Shown here: positions 29,006 to 38,975 of the stretch, piece after piece | How positions within the stretch are numbered: the stretch's first letter is position 1 | Layout: each line of letters starts with the position of its first letter | Assembly (NCBI GenBank): GCA_943787795.1 | Contig: CALSNU010000001.1 | Coordinates: 704,001 to 768,000 of the forward strand | Reading direction: 5' to 3' | From: an uncultured bacterium | GTDB lineage: Bacteria; Planctomycetota; UBA1135; GCA-002686595 | DNA length: 64,000 bases | Position numbers and translations under genes: made by a program | The notes under the pieces: generated by a model | Seen by the model: the letters and a program-made list of their open reading frames with translations, nothing else | What the model was told of the DNA's origin: nothing | Database searches by the model: none

Positions 29006-30067
29006 TCAGCGCTCGGTGAGGACGGTGGACACGTTGAAGACCCGCCCGTCACGCCACAGGCGAACGGTCGTCGGCTCCTCTGGGGAGGCCTCGATGAGGG
29101 AGTTCGTGAAGCTCTGGGAGTCGGTGAGCTCGCGGGAGCCCACGGCCAACAGGATGTCGCCTTCCTTGATCTTGGCGGAGTCCGCGGGTGTGTCTGGATA
29201 GACCGACCGGACCTTGACCACGCTTCGCCCGGTGTACCCCGCCTCGCGATCGGCACGAAGCGACCGGCCAACCTCCCAGCGGGAGAAGGTGCCCACGCCG
29301 AGGTAGGCGCGCCTCACGCGCCCATGGGCAGCGATCTCGTCAACGACCTTGCGGACGATGGACGCAGGGATCGCGAACGCGAGCCCCTCGTCTCCATTGG
29401 AGGCGAGGCCCACGGCGACGGTGATCCCCACCGCTCGGCCCTCCACATCAACGAGCGGGCCGCCGCTGTTCCCTGGGTTGATCGCGGCGTCCGTCTGGAT
29501 GTAGTTCTCGTACTCGGCGATGTCGAGGTTGTTGCGGCCGTGCCCGTTCACGACGCCGAGCGTCACGGTGTGGCCGAGGCTCAGGGGGTTCCCGACCGCG
29601 AGCACAAGCTCCCCGACGGGCGGGAGCTCGGTGCGCAGGGCCATCGGTGAGAATTCCCGCTCGCCAGCGATCTTGAGGACCGCGAGATCGGTGGACTCGT
29701 CCGAACCCAGGAGCTCGGCATCGCAGCGCTCGCCGCTGGTGAAGACCACCCGGAAGGCGGTCGCACCGGTGATCACATGGTGGTTGGTGACCACGAGCCC
29801 TGACGAGTCGATGACCACGCCCGAACCGTCGAGAATCTTCCTCAGGCGACCGCGGCTCCTTCGGAAGGATTCCACCTGAACCACGGACCGGGCAGCGTCA
29901 GCGCTCGCGGTCTGGAGGGCCTGCGAGACCTGTGCGGCGGCCTGGCGCGGGTCCAGGTCGGTCTGTGGATACCGCTGCCCGAGACCAAACGCCGCGGCAA
30001 TGAGGCCTGCGGCGGCGGAGGCGAGGCCGAGGGTGCCGATCTGGGGGCGCCGTTGGGAGTGACTCAT
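29006..30067 (-). CDS. HtrA/DegS-like trypsin serine protease with PDZ domain
   Basis: GSGV, TNHHV, TDLAV, IQTDAAINPGNSGGPL, a C-terminal PDZ and an N-terminal membrane anchor. Confidence 0.92.
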   Translation of the reverse strand: MSHSQRRPQIGTLGLASAAAGLIAAAFGLGQRYPQTDLDPRQAAAQVSQALQTASADAARSVVQVESFRRSRGRLRKILDGSGVVIDSSGLVVTNHHVITGATAFRVVFTSGERCDAELLGSDESTDLAVLKIAGEREFSPMALRTELPPVGELVLAVGNPLSLGHTVTLGVVNGHGRNNLDIAEYENYIQTDAAINPGNSGGPLVDVEGRAVGITVAVGLASNGDEGLAFAIPASIVRKVVDEIAAHGRVRRAYLGVGTFSRWEVGRSLRADREAGYTGRSVVKVRSVYPDTPADSAKIKEGDILLAVGSRELTDSQSFTNSLIEASPEEPTTVRLWRDGRVFNVSTVLTER

Positions 30068-30393
30068 GGGAGCTTGGGACGAAATGGAGCGCGTTGTCTC
30101 GCCCGCTTACATTCCTCTTATAGCGTGCCATCGGGTCTTGGATGCGTTCCTGCATTCTTGGTCCAGATCGCTTACTCTCAACGTACGCCAACAATCGATG
30201 GCGCGGCCGTACCGACTAAGGGTGTTCCCCACGTCCTGGCGCAGATCCGATCCCGATCGGAGATGTGCTCCGACTGGAGACCGTTGCCTCCATCGGCCCC
30301 TTCCCTCAACAGTCTGCCCCTCAGCCACCTCGATAGAGCCCTCACCGCGGCAACTCTCGCCCCGGCGTCCTATCGATGAACCACCGACCTCCC

Positions 30394-31971
30394 ATGAAGT
30401 TCTTCATCAACAGCCTCTCCGCGCTCGCGCTGCTGATCGCTTTCAGCGCCGCACCCGCCCAAGCTCAAGAATGTCCGGCCGCAGCTGCCAAGGCCGCGGT
30501 GCAGAGCTCGACCTGCTGCGCCGCCACCTCTCGCGCCGCGGTCGTCGCCGCCAAGCCGGCGAAGAGTGAGTGCTGCCAGGAAGCGAAGGCCCAGACGGCC
30601 GCCGCGAAGAGCGAGTGCTGCTCGGAGACCAAGGCGAAGGCTGCGACCGTGGCGGTGAAGAAGAGCGACTGTGGCTCGACCTGCCCGACGACCAAGGCCG
30701 CCGTCGTGACCGCCAAGCCCGCAAAGAGCGAGTGCTGCCAGGAAGCGAAGGCCCAGACGGCCGCCGCAAAGAGCGAGTGCTGCTCGGAGACCAAGGCTGC
30801 TGTCGTGGCTGCGAAGCCCGCAAAGAGCGAGTGCTGCTCCGCGAACAAGGCGAAGGCCGCGACCGTGGCGGTGAAGAAGAGCGACTGCGGCTCGACCTGC
30901 CCGACGACCAAGGCCGCCGTCGTGGCCGCGAAGCCCGCGAAGAGCGAGTGCTGCCAGGAAGCAAAGGCCCAAACGGCCGCCGCGAAGAGCGAGTGCTGCT
31001 CGGAGACCAAGGCTGCCGTCGTGGCTGCGAAGCCCGCGAAGAGCGAGTGCTGCCAGGAAGCGAAGGCCCAGACGGCCGCCGCGAAGAGCGAGTGCTGCTC
31101 GGAGACCAAGGCCGCCGTCGTGGCCGCGAAGCCTGCGAAGAGCGAGTGCTGCCAGGAAGCGAAGGCCCAGACGGCCGCCGCGAAGAGCGAGTGCTGCTCG
31201 GAGACCAAGGCTGCTGTCGTGGCTGCGAAGCCCGCGAAGAGCGAGTGCTGCCAGGAAGCGAAGGCCCAGACGGCCGCCGCGAAGAGCGAGTGCTGCTCGG
31301 AGACCAAGGCTGCCGTCGTGGCTGCGAAGCCCGCGAAGAGCGAGTGCTGCCAGGAAGCGAAGGCCCAGACGGCCGCCGCGAAGAGCGAGTGCTGCTCGGA
31401 GACCAAGGCCGCCGTCGTGGCCGCGAAGCCCGCGAAGAGCGAGTGCTGCCTCGAGTCCAAGGCCGCCAAGGCCGGGCAGGTCGTCGAGTGTGACTCGGCC
31501 TGCGCCAGCGAGAAGGCTTCGACCGTGGCCGCCAAGCCGGTGAAGAGCGAGTGCTGCTCGGAGACCAAGGCCGCGACCGTGGCTGCCAAGCCGGCCAAGA
31601 GCGAGTGCTGCTCCGAGACCCAGCCGAAGGCTGCGACCGTCGCCGTCACGAAGAGCGATTGCGGCTCGACGTGCCCGACGGCGAAGGCCGCCGTCGTGGC
31701 TGCGAAGCCCGCGAAGGTCGAGTGCTGCTCGACCGAGAAGGCCGCCACCGTGGCTGCCAAGCCGGCCAAGAGCGAGTGCTGCCAGGCCGCCAAGGCTCAG
31801 ACCGTGGCTGCGAAGAGCGAGTGCTGCGCCGCATCCAAGGAGAAGGCCGCGACCGTGGCCGCCAAGCCGGTGAAGAGCCAGTGCTGCTCGGAGACCAAGG
31901 GCAAGGCGACGACCGTGGCGAGCAAGGTGGTCGAGACCTGCTGCGAGTCGAAGTCCGCCGACAAGAACTGA
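30394..31971 (+). CDS. Secreted Cys/Lys/Ala-rich repeat protein (KSECC repeats)
   Basis: Sec signal MKFFINSLSALALLIAFSAAPAQA, then 24 CC pairs and 4 CxxxC. Repeat variation is mostly at third codon positions in this frame. Confidence 0.88.
   Translation: MKFFINSLSALALLIAFSAAPAQAQECPAAAAKAAVQSSTCCAATSRAAVVAAKPAKSECCQEAKAQTAAAKSECCSETKAKAATVAVKKSDCGSTCPTTKAAVVTAKPAKSECCQEAKAQTAAAKSECCSETKAAVVAAKPAKSECCSANKAKAATVAVKKSDCGSTCPTTKAAVVAAKPAKSECCQEAKAQTAAAKSECCSETKAAVVAAKPAKSECCQEAKAQTAAAKSECCSETKAAVVAAKPAKSECCQEAKAQTAAAKSECCSETKAAVVAAKPAKSECCQEAKAQTAAAKSECCSETKAAVVAAKPAKSECCQEAKAQTAAAKSECCSETKAAVVAAKPAKSECCLESKAAKAGQVVECDSACASEKASTVAAKPVKSECCSETKAATVAAKPAKSECCSETQPKAATVAVTKSDCGSTCPTAKAAVVAAKPAKVECCSTEKAATVAAKPAKSECCQAAKAQTVAAKSECCAASKEKAATVAAKPVKSQCCSETKGKATTVASKVVETCCESKSADKN
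30913..31407 (+). repeat. 99-bp intragenic tandem repeat x5 (33-aa unit)
   Basis: Encodes five identical AAVVAAKPAKSECCQEAKAQTAAAKSECCSETK units with synonymous differences (gcc/gct, gcg/gca). Confidence 0.95.
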
Positions 31972-32011
31972 GCTTGACTCCCGAAGGGCCTCTGGCCTGA
32001 CCAACCCAAGG

Positions 32012-32051
32012 CGAGGGCCGGCATCCGAGAGGAGGCCGGCCCTCGGTCGTT
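32012..32051 (+). terminator. Stem-loop, putative terminator
   Basis: cgagggccggc-a-tcc-GAGA-gga-g-gccggccctcg followed by gtcgtt, 40 nt after the stop at 31971. Confidence 0.65.
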
Positions 32052-32113
32052 ATGGGATTCGACCCGCCGCGGGAGAGCTCGTCGGGGAGCAACCTCGCTA
32101 TCCTCTCCGGCCC

Positions 32114-33736
32114 ATGATCGCCCTATCCAACGTCTCCAAGCACTTCGGTCGCCAGGCTCTCCTCACGAGTGCCTCCTGCCAACTCGACCCCGGTGACAAG
32201 GTCGGGCTTGTCGGCCCCAACGGGTCGGGGAAATCGACGATGTTCCGGCTCATCGTGGGGGAGGAGCGGCCGGACGCAGGGGAGGTGACGGTCCCCAAGC
32301 ACCTGAGCATTGGCTACTTCAGGCAGGACGCGGCGGAGGCGACTGACCGTACGGTGCTCGACGAGGCCATCACTGGGAGCGGCCGTCTCGGCGCCTTGCA
32401 CGCCGAGGTCGGGGCCCTCGAGGAGGCGATGGCGGACCCTGATCAGGCGGAGCGCATGGACGAGATCCTCGAGCGCTTCGGGGAGATACAGGGCGAGTAT
32501 GCCCAGCTCGGCGGGTACGAGCTGGAATCCACGGCGCAGGAGGTCTTGAACGGCCTTGGGTTTCGGCCCGAGCAGATCTCCGGTCCCTTCGCTGCGCTCT
32601 CCGGGGGCTGGCGCATGCGCGTGTCCATCGCGCAGGTGCTGATCGGCAAGCCCGATGTGCTGCTGCTGGACGAGCCCACCAACCACCTCGACATCGAGTC
32701 GATCCTCTGGCTCGAGAGGTTCCTGCAGGCCAGCGATGCGACGCTCTTGATGACCTGCCACGACCGCGACTTCATGAACCGGGTCGTCGGCCGGATCATT
32801 GAGATCGACGCCGGCGAGCTCGTCCAGTACTCGGGGAACTACGACTTCTACGACCGCGAGAGGCTCGTTCGAGCGCAGCAGCAGGACGCGGCGTTCAGCC
32901 GGCAGCAGGCCATGCTGAAGAAGGAGGAGCGCTTCATCGAGCGCTTCGATAAGAACGCCGCGAAGGCGGCGCAGGTGCAGTCGCGGGTCAAGAAGCTGGA
33001 GAAGATCGAGAAGCTCGAGCCGCCCAAGAAGAGAGTCCTGGTCCCCTTCCGCGTGGGCACGCCGCCGCGCTCAGGCAATGACGTGGCGACCCTGCAAGGC
33101 GTGCACAAGAGCTACGGCGACCACACGGTCTACGACGGCCTGGATCTCGAGGTGAAGCGCGGGGAGCGCTGGTGCGTGATGGGCGCCAACGGCGCCGGGA
33201 AGTCCACGCTCCTCAAGCTCCTGGCGCGGGTCATCGAGGCCGAGGCCGGGAGCGTGCGTCTGGGCGCGTCGCTGAAGATGGGCTACTTCGCTCAATCCGC
33301 GCTGGAGGTCCTGGATCCGGCGCTCACGGTCTGGGAGCAGATCGACGGGGCCTTTCCGGCGGCGACGACGCCGTCGAAGCGCAACCTCCTGGGGTGCTTT
33401 GACTTCCCTGGGGACGAGATCGAGAAGCCCATTCGCGTGCTCTCGGGCGGCGAGCGTTCCCGGCTCGTGCTGGCGCAGATGCTCTTCGACCCGCCCAACT
33501 TCCTCGTGTTGGACGAGCCCACCAACCACCTCGACCTCGCGACCAAGGAGATGCTGGTGGAGACGCTCTCCAAGTTTGACGGCACGATGATCTTCGTCAG
33601 CCACGACCGGACCTTCTTGCGTGGGCTGGCCAACCGGGTGCTCGACCTCTCCGACGGCCACGCCAAGGTGTACCCCGGCGACTACGCGGAATGGGTCGAG
33701 CGTACCGGGGAAGAGGCGCCTGGTGTCCACGCCTGA
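32114..33736 (+). CDS. ABC-F family ATP-binding protein
   Basis: Two ABC cassettes (GPNGSGKS/LSGG/LDEPTNHLD and GANGAGKS/LSGGE/LDEPTNHLD) with a helical linker and no TM segment. Confidence 0.95.
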   Translation: MIALSNVSKHFGRQALLTSASCQLDPGDKVGLVGPNGSGKSTMFRLIVGEERPDAGEVTVPKHLSIGYFRQDAAEATDRTVLDEAITGSGRLGALHAEVGALEEAMADPDQAERMDEILERFGEIQGEYAQLGGYELESTAQEVLNGLGFRPEQISGPFAALSGGWRMRVSIAQVLIGKPDVLLLDEPTNHLDIESILWLERFLQASDATLLMTCHDRDFMNRVVGRIIEIDAGELVQYSGNYDFYDRERLVRAQQQDAAFSRQQAMLKKEERFIERFDKNAAKAAQVQSRVKKLEKIEKLEPPKKRVLVPFRVGTPPRSGNDVATLQGVHKSYGDHTVYDGLDLEVKRGERWCVMGANGAGKSTLLKLLARVIEAEAGSVRLGASLKMGYFAQSALEVLDPALTVWEQIDGAFPAATTPSKRNLLGCFDFPGDEIEKPIRVLSGGERSRLVLAQMLFDPPNFLVLDEPTNHLDLATKEMLVETLSKFDGTMIFVSHDRTFLRGLANRVLDLSDGHAKVYPGDYAEWVERTGEEAPGVHA

Positions 33737-33762
33737 GCGGTTGCAGGGATACCATGCCAGCC

Positions 33763-34704
33763 GTGAAACCCTCGGTCTTCGAAGCCCCCGCCCTCGCTGA
33801 CTACGCGCTGATGGACAGCGGTGAGGGGGAGAAGTTGGAGCGCTTCGGTCCGGTCGTCCTCCGTCGCCCCGACCCGCAGGCGCTCTGGCGCCGTCGACGT
33901 GGAGAGGACCTCTGGTCAGCGGCGGACCTGACGTTCGTCCGGGAGTCGGACCGTGGGGGACGCTGGGAAGCGCGTCGCGGGGCGCCCAAGGAGGCGCGCG
34001 GAGAGCAGCCCCAGTGGCAGGTATCCCACGGCGGGGCGCAGCTCGTGATTCGTCCCACCCCCTTCAAGCACGTGGGGCTCTTTCCCGAGCAGGCCGCGAA
34101 CTGGGCGGCGGTGGAGCGTCTCGGCGCCGAGCTCGACGGCGGGGCGCCGCGGCTCCTCAATCTCTTCGGGTACTCCGGCGCGGCCAGCGTCTTGGCGGCG
34201 AAGGCCGGTTGGGAGGTGACCCACGTGGACGCCTCCAAGGCGTCCATCACCTGGGCCGTGGACAACGCGGAGGCCAGCGGCCTGGGCCGAGGCGGCATGC
34301 GGGTGGTCTGCGAAGACGCGCTCCGCTTTGCCCGACGGGAGGCGCGCCGCGGGTCGACCTATGACGCGATCCTGATGGACCCGCCGCACTACGGCCGTGG
34401 CCCCAAGGGGGAGGTGTGGCGATTGGAGGAACACCTCGCTGAGCTGGTGGAGCTGGCCGGGCAGCTGGCCAACCCCGCCGCCCTGGTGATCCTCAGCACC
34501 TACGCGGTGGGCTACTCACCGCTCGCCTTCGTCAACCTGTTCGGAGGCCTCGATGGTGGCTCTGTCCAGGCGGGAGAGCTCGCGATCCCCGAGGCCACAG
34601 ATGGCTCGGAGCAGAGGCAGGCCACGAGGTGGCTCCCGGCTGGGTTCTGTGCCCGTTGGGCCCGCGGCTGCGCCCACGACCGTGACTCGGCGCGGAGCAC
34701 GTGA
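33763..34704 (+). CDS. Class I SAM-dependent methyltransferase (RlmI/RlmK-like)
   Basis: DSGEGEKLERFG, FKHVGLFPEQ, LNLFGYSG, HVDAS, DPPHYGRGP. Start is GTG 33763 or ATG 33754. Confidence 0.88.
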   Translation: MKPSVFEAPALADYALMDSGEGEKLERFGPVVLRRPDPQALWRRRRGEDLWSAADLTFVRESDRGGRWEARRGAPKEARGEQPQWQVSHGGAQLVIRPTPFKHVGLFPEQAANWAAVERLGAELDGGAPRLLNLFGYSGAASVLAAKAGWEVTHVDASKASITWAVDNAEASGLGRGGMRVVCEDALRFARREARRGSTYDAILMDPPHYGRGPKGEVWRLEEHLAELVELAGQLANPAALVILSTYAVGYSPLAFVNLFGGLDGGSVQAGELAIPEATDGSEQRQATRWLPAGFCARWARGCAHDRDSARST

Positions 34705-35381
34705 TGGACCTCGAGGTCCTTCACTGCTGCAACCACGTGCTCGGCGTCTCCAAGCCTGCGGGGCTCCCGGTGGTCCCTGACGAGAGCGGGGATCCGAGCC
34801 TCTTTGACGGCGCCAAAGCCTACCTCAAGCGCACGTTCGAGAAGCCCGGGGACGTCTTCCTCGGCGTGGTCCATCGCCTCGATCGACCCGTCAGCGGCGT
34901 GGTGTGCTTCGGCCGGACGAGCAAGGGGGCGGCGAGGCTCTCCGAGAGCTTCCGCGCGGGAGTGGCCCACAAGACGTACCTCGCGGTGACCTCCAGGCCG
35001 GTCGGGGCCCACGAGGGCGTCATCGATCACTGGCTCCTGAAGGACACGACCCGCAACACCGTGCGGGTCGTGGAGCCTGGGACGCCCGGCGCGAAGCGGG
35101 CAGAGACGCGCTTCCAGCGGCTGGAAGACAGGCGAGGAGAGAGCCTCGTGCGCCTCACCCCGATCACGGGGCGCTCTCACCAGCTACGGGTGGCCATGGC
35201 CTCCCTTGGAGCCCCCTTGTGCGGGGACCTGCGGTACGGCGCGGCGGAGCCGTTACCGGACCGCAGCGTGGCGTTGCACGCCCTCTCCCTCGAGCTTCCG
35301 CATCCCACGCGTCCCGAGACCGTGGCGCTTCGTGTCGCGCCCCCGCCACTCGATATCTGGCGAGGGTGGCGGGAGCTCTGA
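34701..35381 (+). CDS. RluA-family RNA pseudouridine synthase
   Basis: KPAGL, HRLDRPVSG, TGRSHQLR, GDLRYG, LHA. Confidence 0.92.
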   Translation: MMDLEVLHCCNHVLGVSKPAGLPVVPDESGDPSLFDGAKAYLKRTFEKPGDVFLGVVHRLDRPVSGVVCFGRTSKGAARLSESFRAGVAHKTYLAVTSRPVGAHEGVIDHWLLKDTTRNTVRVVEPGTPGAKRAETRFQRLEDRRGESLVRLTPITGRSHQLRVAMASLGAPLCGDLRYGAAEPLPDRSVALHALSLELPHPTRPETVALRVAPPPLDIWRGWREL

Positions 35382-35948
35382 TCAGCGCCCTGCGAGCTCG
35401 ACGGTCTGCGTGACCACCTGCTGAAGCATGGCCCTGGAGCGTTCGTCCTTCAGGCTCCCATCCTCCTCGAAGGCCTCGTGCGCGCGGCCGAGGCCGAACT
35501 GCGCGGGGACCACCAGGACGCTGATGTTGGAGAGCAGTAGCCTTAGCTGGGGCAGCATGCGGATGCCGCCGAGGGCTCCGGGCGAGGCGGCCAGGAGGCC
35601 GCAGGCCTTGCCGGAGAACGCGGCCAACATGGCCTCGCCTGCAGCTGGCCGCGTCGCCCAATCAATGACGTTCTTTACGAGGGCCGGATACGAGGAGTTG
35701 TACTCGGGTGACGCGATCAGGATTCCGTCGGCGGCCTTGAGGCGCTCCTTGAAGGCGGTCACGTTGTCGGGCGTGCCCTGGGCTTCGAGGTCCTCGTCGA
35801 AAATCGGCATGGGGAGCTCGGCGAGCTCGATGACATCGACCTCCGCACCGGCCTCCTGGGCCATGGCGACCGCCGCGGCGAGGAGCTTGCGGTTCAGCGA
35901 GGCGGAGCGACAGGAGCCGGCGAAGGCGGCGATGCGGGGGGATGACAT
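35382..35948 (-). CDS. NADPH-dependent FMN reductase
   Basis: GSCRSASLNRKL, SPEYNSS, KNVIDW, ASPGALGG. Confidence 0.92.
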   Translation of the reverse strand: MSSPRIAAFAGSCRSASLNRKLLAAAVAMAQEAGAEVDVIELAELPMPIFDEDLEAQGTPDNVTAFKERLKAADGILIASPEYNSSYPALVKNVIDWATRPAAGEAMLAAFSGKACGLLAASPGALGGIRMLPQLRLLLSNISVLVVPAQFGLGRAHEAFEEDGSLKDERSRAMLQQVVTQTVELAGR

Positions 35949-35975
35949 GGGGGATAGGAGGTTGCGTGCCTGGAC

Positions 35976-37331
35976 TCAGTCCTTGGTGATCACGGGGCGC
36001 CGAGCGCGGTCCGGCGGGTCCCAGCGGGGCATGCTATCGAGAACGGCCTGGAGCCGTTGTCGCGAACCGTCTCCATCGCCGTCGATCGGGTGAGTGCCGA
36101 GGGGATCGCGCTCGACATCGACCAGGCGCCCGTCGTGGTGGAGTCGGTAGGTGCCGTCCTGGGCGAAGCGGCCGGGCCGGCCGGGGACGTTCCAGCGCGG
36201 GTCGTAGTGGCAGAAGATCCACTCGCGCGGTTCGTGTGGCTGCCCCAGGAGCCGTGGGAGGAAGCTCACCCCGTCGATCTTCGGAGTCTCTGGGACCGCG
36301 ATTCCTGCGGCCTCACAAAGGGTCGGGAGGAAGTCGGTGAAGTCCACGAGGTCCTTACAGACGGCTGGGGCGGCGCGCTCAGGCCACCACGCGATCATCG
36401 GCACGTGGGTCCCGTGGGTATTCATGCGGGACTTGCCGCCCACGACGTCGAGCCCTTCCGAACCGGCGCCCTCCCAGCGGGTCGTGATCCGACGATCCGT
36501 GCCGTTGTCTCCGACGAAGATCACGAGCGTCTCTCGTCTTCGGCCCTCGCTGGCGGCGGCGTCGAGGACCCGTCCGACGAGCGAGTCCATGTGGCGCACC
36601 ATGGCCGCGAATCTGGCCTGGGCGCCCTCGACGGTCCCATCGACTCCTGGAGGCAGCACGAAGGGCGAGTGGGGCAGGACCATGGGGTAGTAGAGAAAGA
36701 GGGGAGCCTCTCTCTCTTCCTCGAGCAGGGCGACGGCGCGGTCACAGAGGACGTCGGGACCGAAGGTTCCGGGGCGCACCTGAATCTCGCCTCCGCTATC
36801 CAGCTGCGGGTCCGCATAGCGGGAGCCGGGGGGCGAGTCGGTGTTCCACAGGCACCACTCGTCGAAGCCGAGCTGGGCGGGGCGCTGCGGGTCGACGTCG
36901 CCGTAAGTGAGCTGCCACTTGCCCACGATCGCGGTGTCGTAGTCCGCTTCCTGAAAGCGCCTCGCAAACGTGACCTCCGCTGGGTCGAGGAAGCCGAAGC
37001 GCACGTAGTTGCGGAACGAGTAGCGCCCGGTCATGAGCTGGACCCGAGACGGTGTGCACAGGGGCGTGCTATGGCAGCGGGTGAAGCGCACGCCCTCCGC
37101 CGCCATTCGGTCGAGGCGGGGCGTCTCGTACGACTCGCCGCCGTTCACGGCGAGGCACTCAAAGCCCAGGTCGTCCGCGAGGATGAGGACGATGTTGGGG
37201 CGCTCGTCTGTCCCCGAGTCGACGAGCGGCGCCGACGGTGTGGATGTGGGGGCGGATGCGGGGCCCGTCAGCGTGACGCTGGGGGGGAGCGGGGGTGCCT
37301 GGACGGAGAGCCCGATGAGGAGCGCGATCAT
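35976..37331 (-). CDS. Exported sulfatase (formylglycine-dependent)
   Basis: PNIVLILADDLG, CTPSR (CxPxR), GKW, PH, GDNG. Confidence 0.92.
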   Translation of the reverse strand: MIALLIGLSVQAPPLPPSVTLTGPASAPTSTPSAPLVDSGTDERPNIVLILADDLGFECLAVNGGESYETPRLDRMAAEGVRFTRCHSTPLCTPSRVQLMTGRYSFRNYVRFGFLDPAEVTFARRFQEADYDTAIVGKWQLTYGDVDPQRPAQLGFDEWCLWNTDSPPGSRYADPQLDSGGEIQVRPGTFGPDVLCDRAVALLEEEREAPLFLYYPMVLPHSPFVLPPGVDGTVEGAQARFAAMVRHMDSLVGRVLDAAASEGRRRETLVIFVGDNGTDRRITTRWEGAGSEGLDVVGGKSRMNTHGTHVPMIAWWPERAAPAVCKDLVDFTDFLPTLCEAAGIAVPETPKIDGVSFLPRLLGQPHEPREWIFCHYDPRWNVPGRPGRFAQDGTYRLHHDGRLVDVERDPLGTHPIDGDGDGSRQRLQAVLDSMPRWDPPDRARRPVITKD

Positions 37332-37348
37332 GTTTGGCCGGGGAAGGC

Positions 37349-38764
37349 TCAGCGCCCCATGGCCTCGAGGTTCTCGCCCACGGGCCGGAAGAAGATCCGG
37401 CCCCGCTCCACTTCGCTCTCGGAGATCTGCTTCACCTCACCCGACAGGGGGTAGAGCGGGCCCCCGTCGAGGACAGCAAGGGCCGCCTCTGCGGTCCTCC
37501 GGGAACGATCCTCGACATCGGCCTTGAGCACCGCCTCCACGAGGCCGCGCTGATCCCTCGCACGCCCCATGGCGAGGGCGAGCACCGCGGCGTCTCGCTC
37601 CTCGGCGAGCGGCCCGGCCAGCGCGACCTTCAGCGCCTTCAGCGCGTCCTTGTTGGGGAGGGTGTACCCGAGGCCGAGCAGGGCGCTGCGCCGGACCAGG
37701 GGGTTGTCGTCCTTGGCGGCGGCCTTGATCACGGTGCGGATGCTCCCCTTGTCGGACCGCCCGCACGCGGCGAGAGCGCGGATCCACTCGGGGCGTGCGC
37801 TCTCATCCTTCTCCGACTTCCAGCCCTTCTTCGCCAGGGTAAGGCCCGCGGCGCTCCCGATCTGTTCGAGAGCCACGGCCGTCCGCAGGCGGCGCGAGGC
37901 GCTCGGGCTACGCGCGGTCTCCATGAGGACCTCGATGAAGTTGGCCGGCGAGATCGTGCCCAGGAGCTCGATCGTGCCATCCACGATCGCACCACCGCCA
38001 CCCCGGCCGCCGCCGAAGTCCCAGAGGCCAATTTGCTTGGTGAGGAAGTCCGAGGCGTCGGGCTCGTCGGTGAACATGATCTGGATCACGTCGGCCTGGT
38101 CGCCCATCCCGATGAAGCGCTTGTTCAGCTTGCCGAGCTTCTCTTCCAGCTCATCCTCCTCGAGCCCCCTCCCGAGCTCATCCTCGTCGATCACCCTGAA
38201 GGACTCGCCCACCAGGAGGCGCCGCGGCGGGTAGGCCTCATTGGGGAGCTCGGGCCGCTCCTCCACCCCCGAACGTCGCAGGGCCTCATCTGTACACCAC
38301 GCCAACTCCTCCGCGGTGAGCTCCCACGGGCAAGACAGGAGCAGCGAGCCATTGGGCCCGAGCCACAGGTGGTGGGGGAGCGCAATGACCCCGTTCGCGT
38401 TCGGTGTGATCCAACGCTCCGTCACCGTCGCGAGGTTGTTCCGGTGGTTGCGCGGCTCGACGCCCTTCATCTTCGGGAGCTTCCTGGACTCGTCCTCGGT
38501 GAACGACCAGGCGGGTACGTTGATCGTCGCCGCGGCGGCCTTCGCGGCGACCTTGTCGGTGTAGACGTCCTCGACGTGCCTGCGGGTTCGGCCCTCCTGG
38601 GCCTCGCCGAGCGCGACCAGGACCACCCGCTGCTCGGCCTCGGCCAGCCCGAGGGCCTTGTCGATCTGGGAGGTCCACTCGACCTTGGAGCCGACGGCGG
38701 GTGACTCGAGCGGTGGAAGCGGCGCGAGATGACCCGACAGGAAGAGGAGGGTGGTCGTGAGCAT
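37349..38764 (-). CDS. Exported HEAT-repeat protein with thioredoxin-like N-terminal region
   Basis: Signal-like N-terminus, VEWTSQIDKALGLAEAEQRVVLV, and helical repeats (LVRRSALLGLG, ERDAAVLALA). Confidence 0.7.
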   Translation of the reverse strand: MLTTTLLFLSGHLAPLPPLESPAVGSKVEWTSQIDKALGLAEAEQRVVLVALGEAQEGRTRRHVEDVYTDKVAAKAAAATINVPAWSFTEDESRKLPKMKGVEPRNHRNNLATVTERWITPNANGVIALPHHLWLGPNGSLLLSCPWELTAEELAWCTDEALRRSGVEERPELPNEAYPPRRLLVGESFRVIDEDELGRGLEEDELEEKLGKLNKRFIGMGDQADVIQIMFTDEPDASDFLTKQIGLWDFGGGRGGGGAIVDGTIELLGTISPANFIEVLMETARSPSASRRLRTAVALEQIGSAAGLTLAKKGWKSEKDESARPEWIRALAACGRSDKGSIRTVIKAAAKDDNPLVRRSALLGLGYTLPNKDALKALKVALAGPLAEERDAAVLALAMGRARDQRGLVEAVLKADVEDRSRRTAEAALAVLDGGPLYPLSGEVKQISESEVERGRIFFRPVGENLEAMGR

Positions 38765-38975
38765 GGTGGGTTCGGTCGAGGGCTGGAGTGCTTGTCAGCC
38801 TAGGGCACGGGGCGCGCCGGACGATCACCTCCTCTGGATGCTGAACAGAGGCTCAACAGATGGAGCCCCGGACCGCGTCTGTGAGCCCTGCTGAGGGCAA
38901 TCCCGGGGTCGGGATGTGAGGGCTCAACGCGTCCGGCAATGGTGGGGAGAGGAGAGGGGGGCTACGATCGGACCG

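Noticed and set aside
30114..30130. TGGCACG on the minus strand upstream of the HtrA gene
   Set aside because: The -12 element reads GA rather than GC, so it is not a supported sigma54 promoter.
30913..31407. Possible CRISPR array or DGR template repeat
   Set aside because: In-frame coding repeats without spacers, and no reverse transcriptase is nearby.
30370..32004. Long minus-strand and alternative-frame ORFs over the Cys-rich gene (544, 442 and 307 aa)
   Set aside because: Shadows of a repetitive, codon-biased gene. Only the + frame has a signal peptide and synonymous-site variation.
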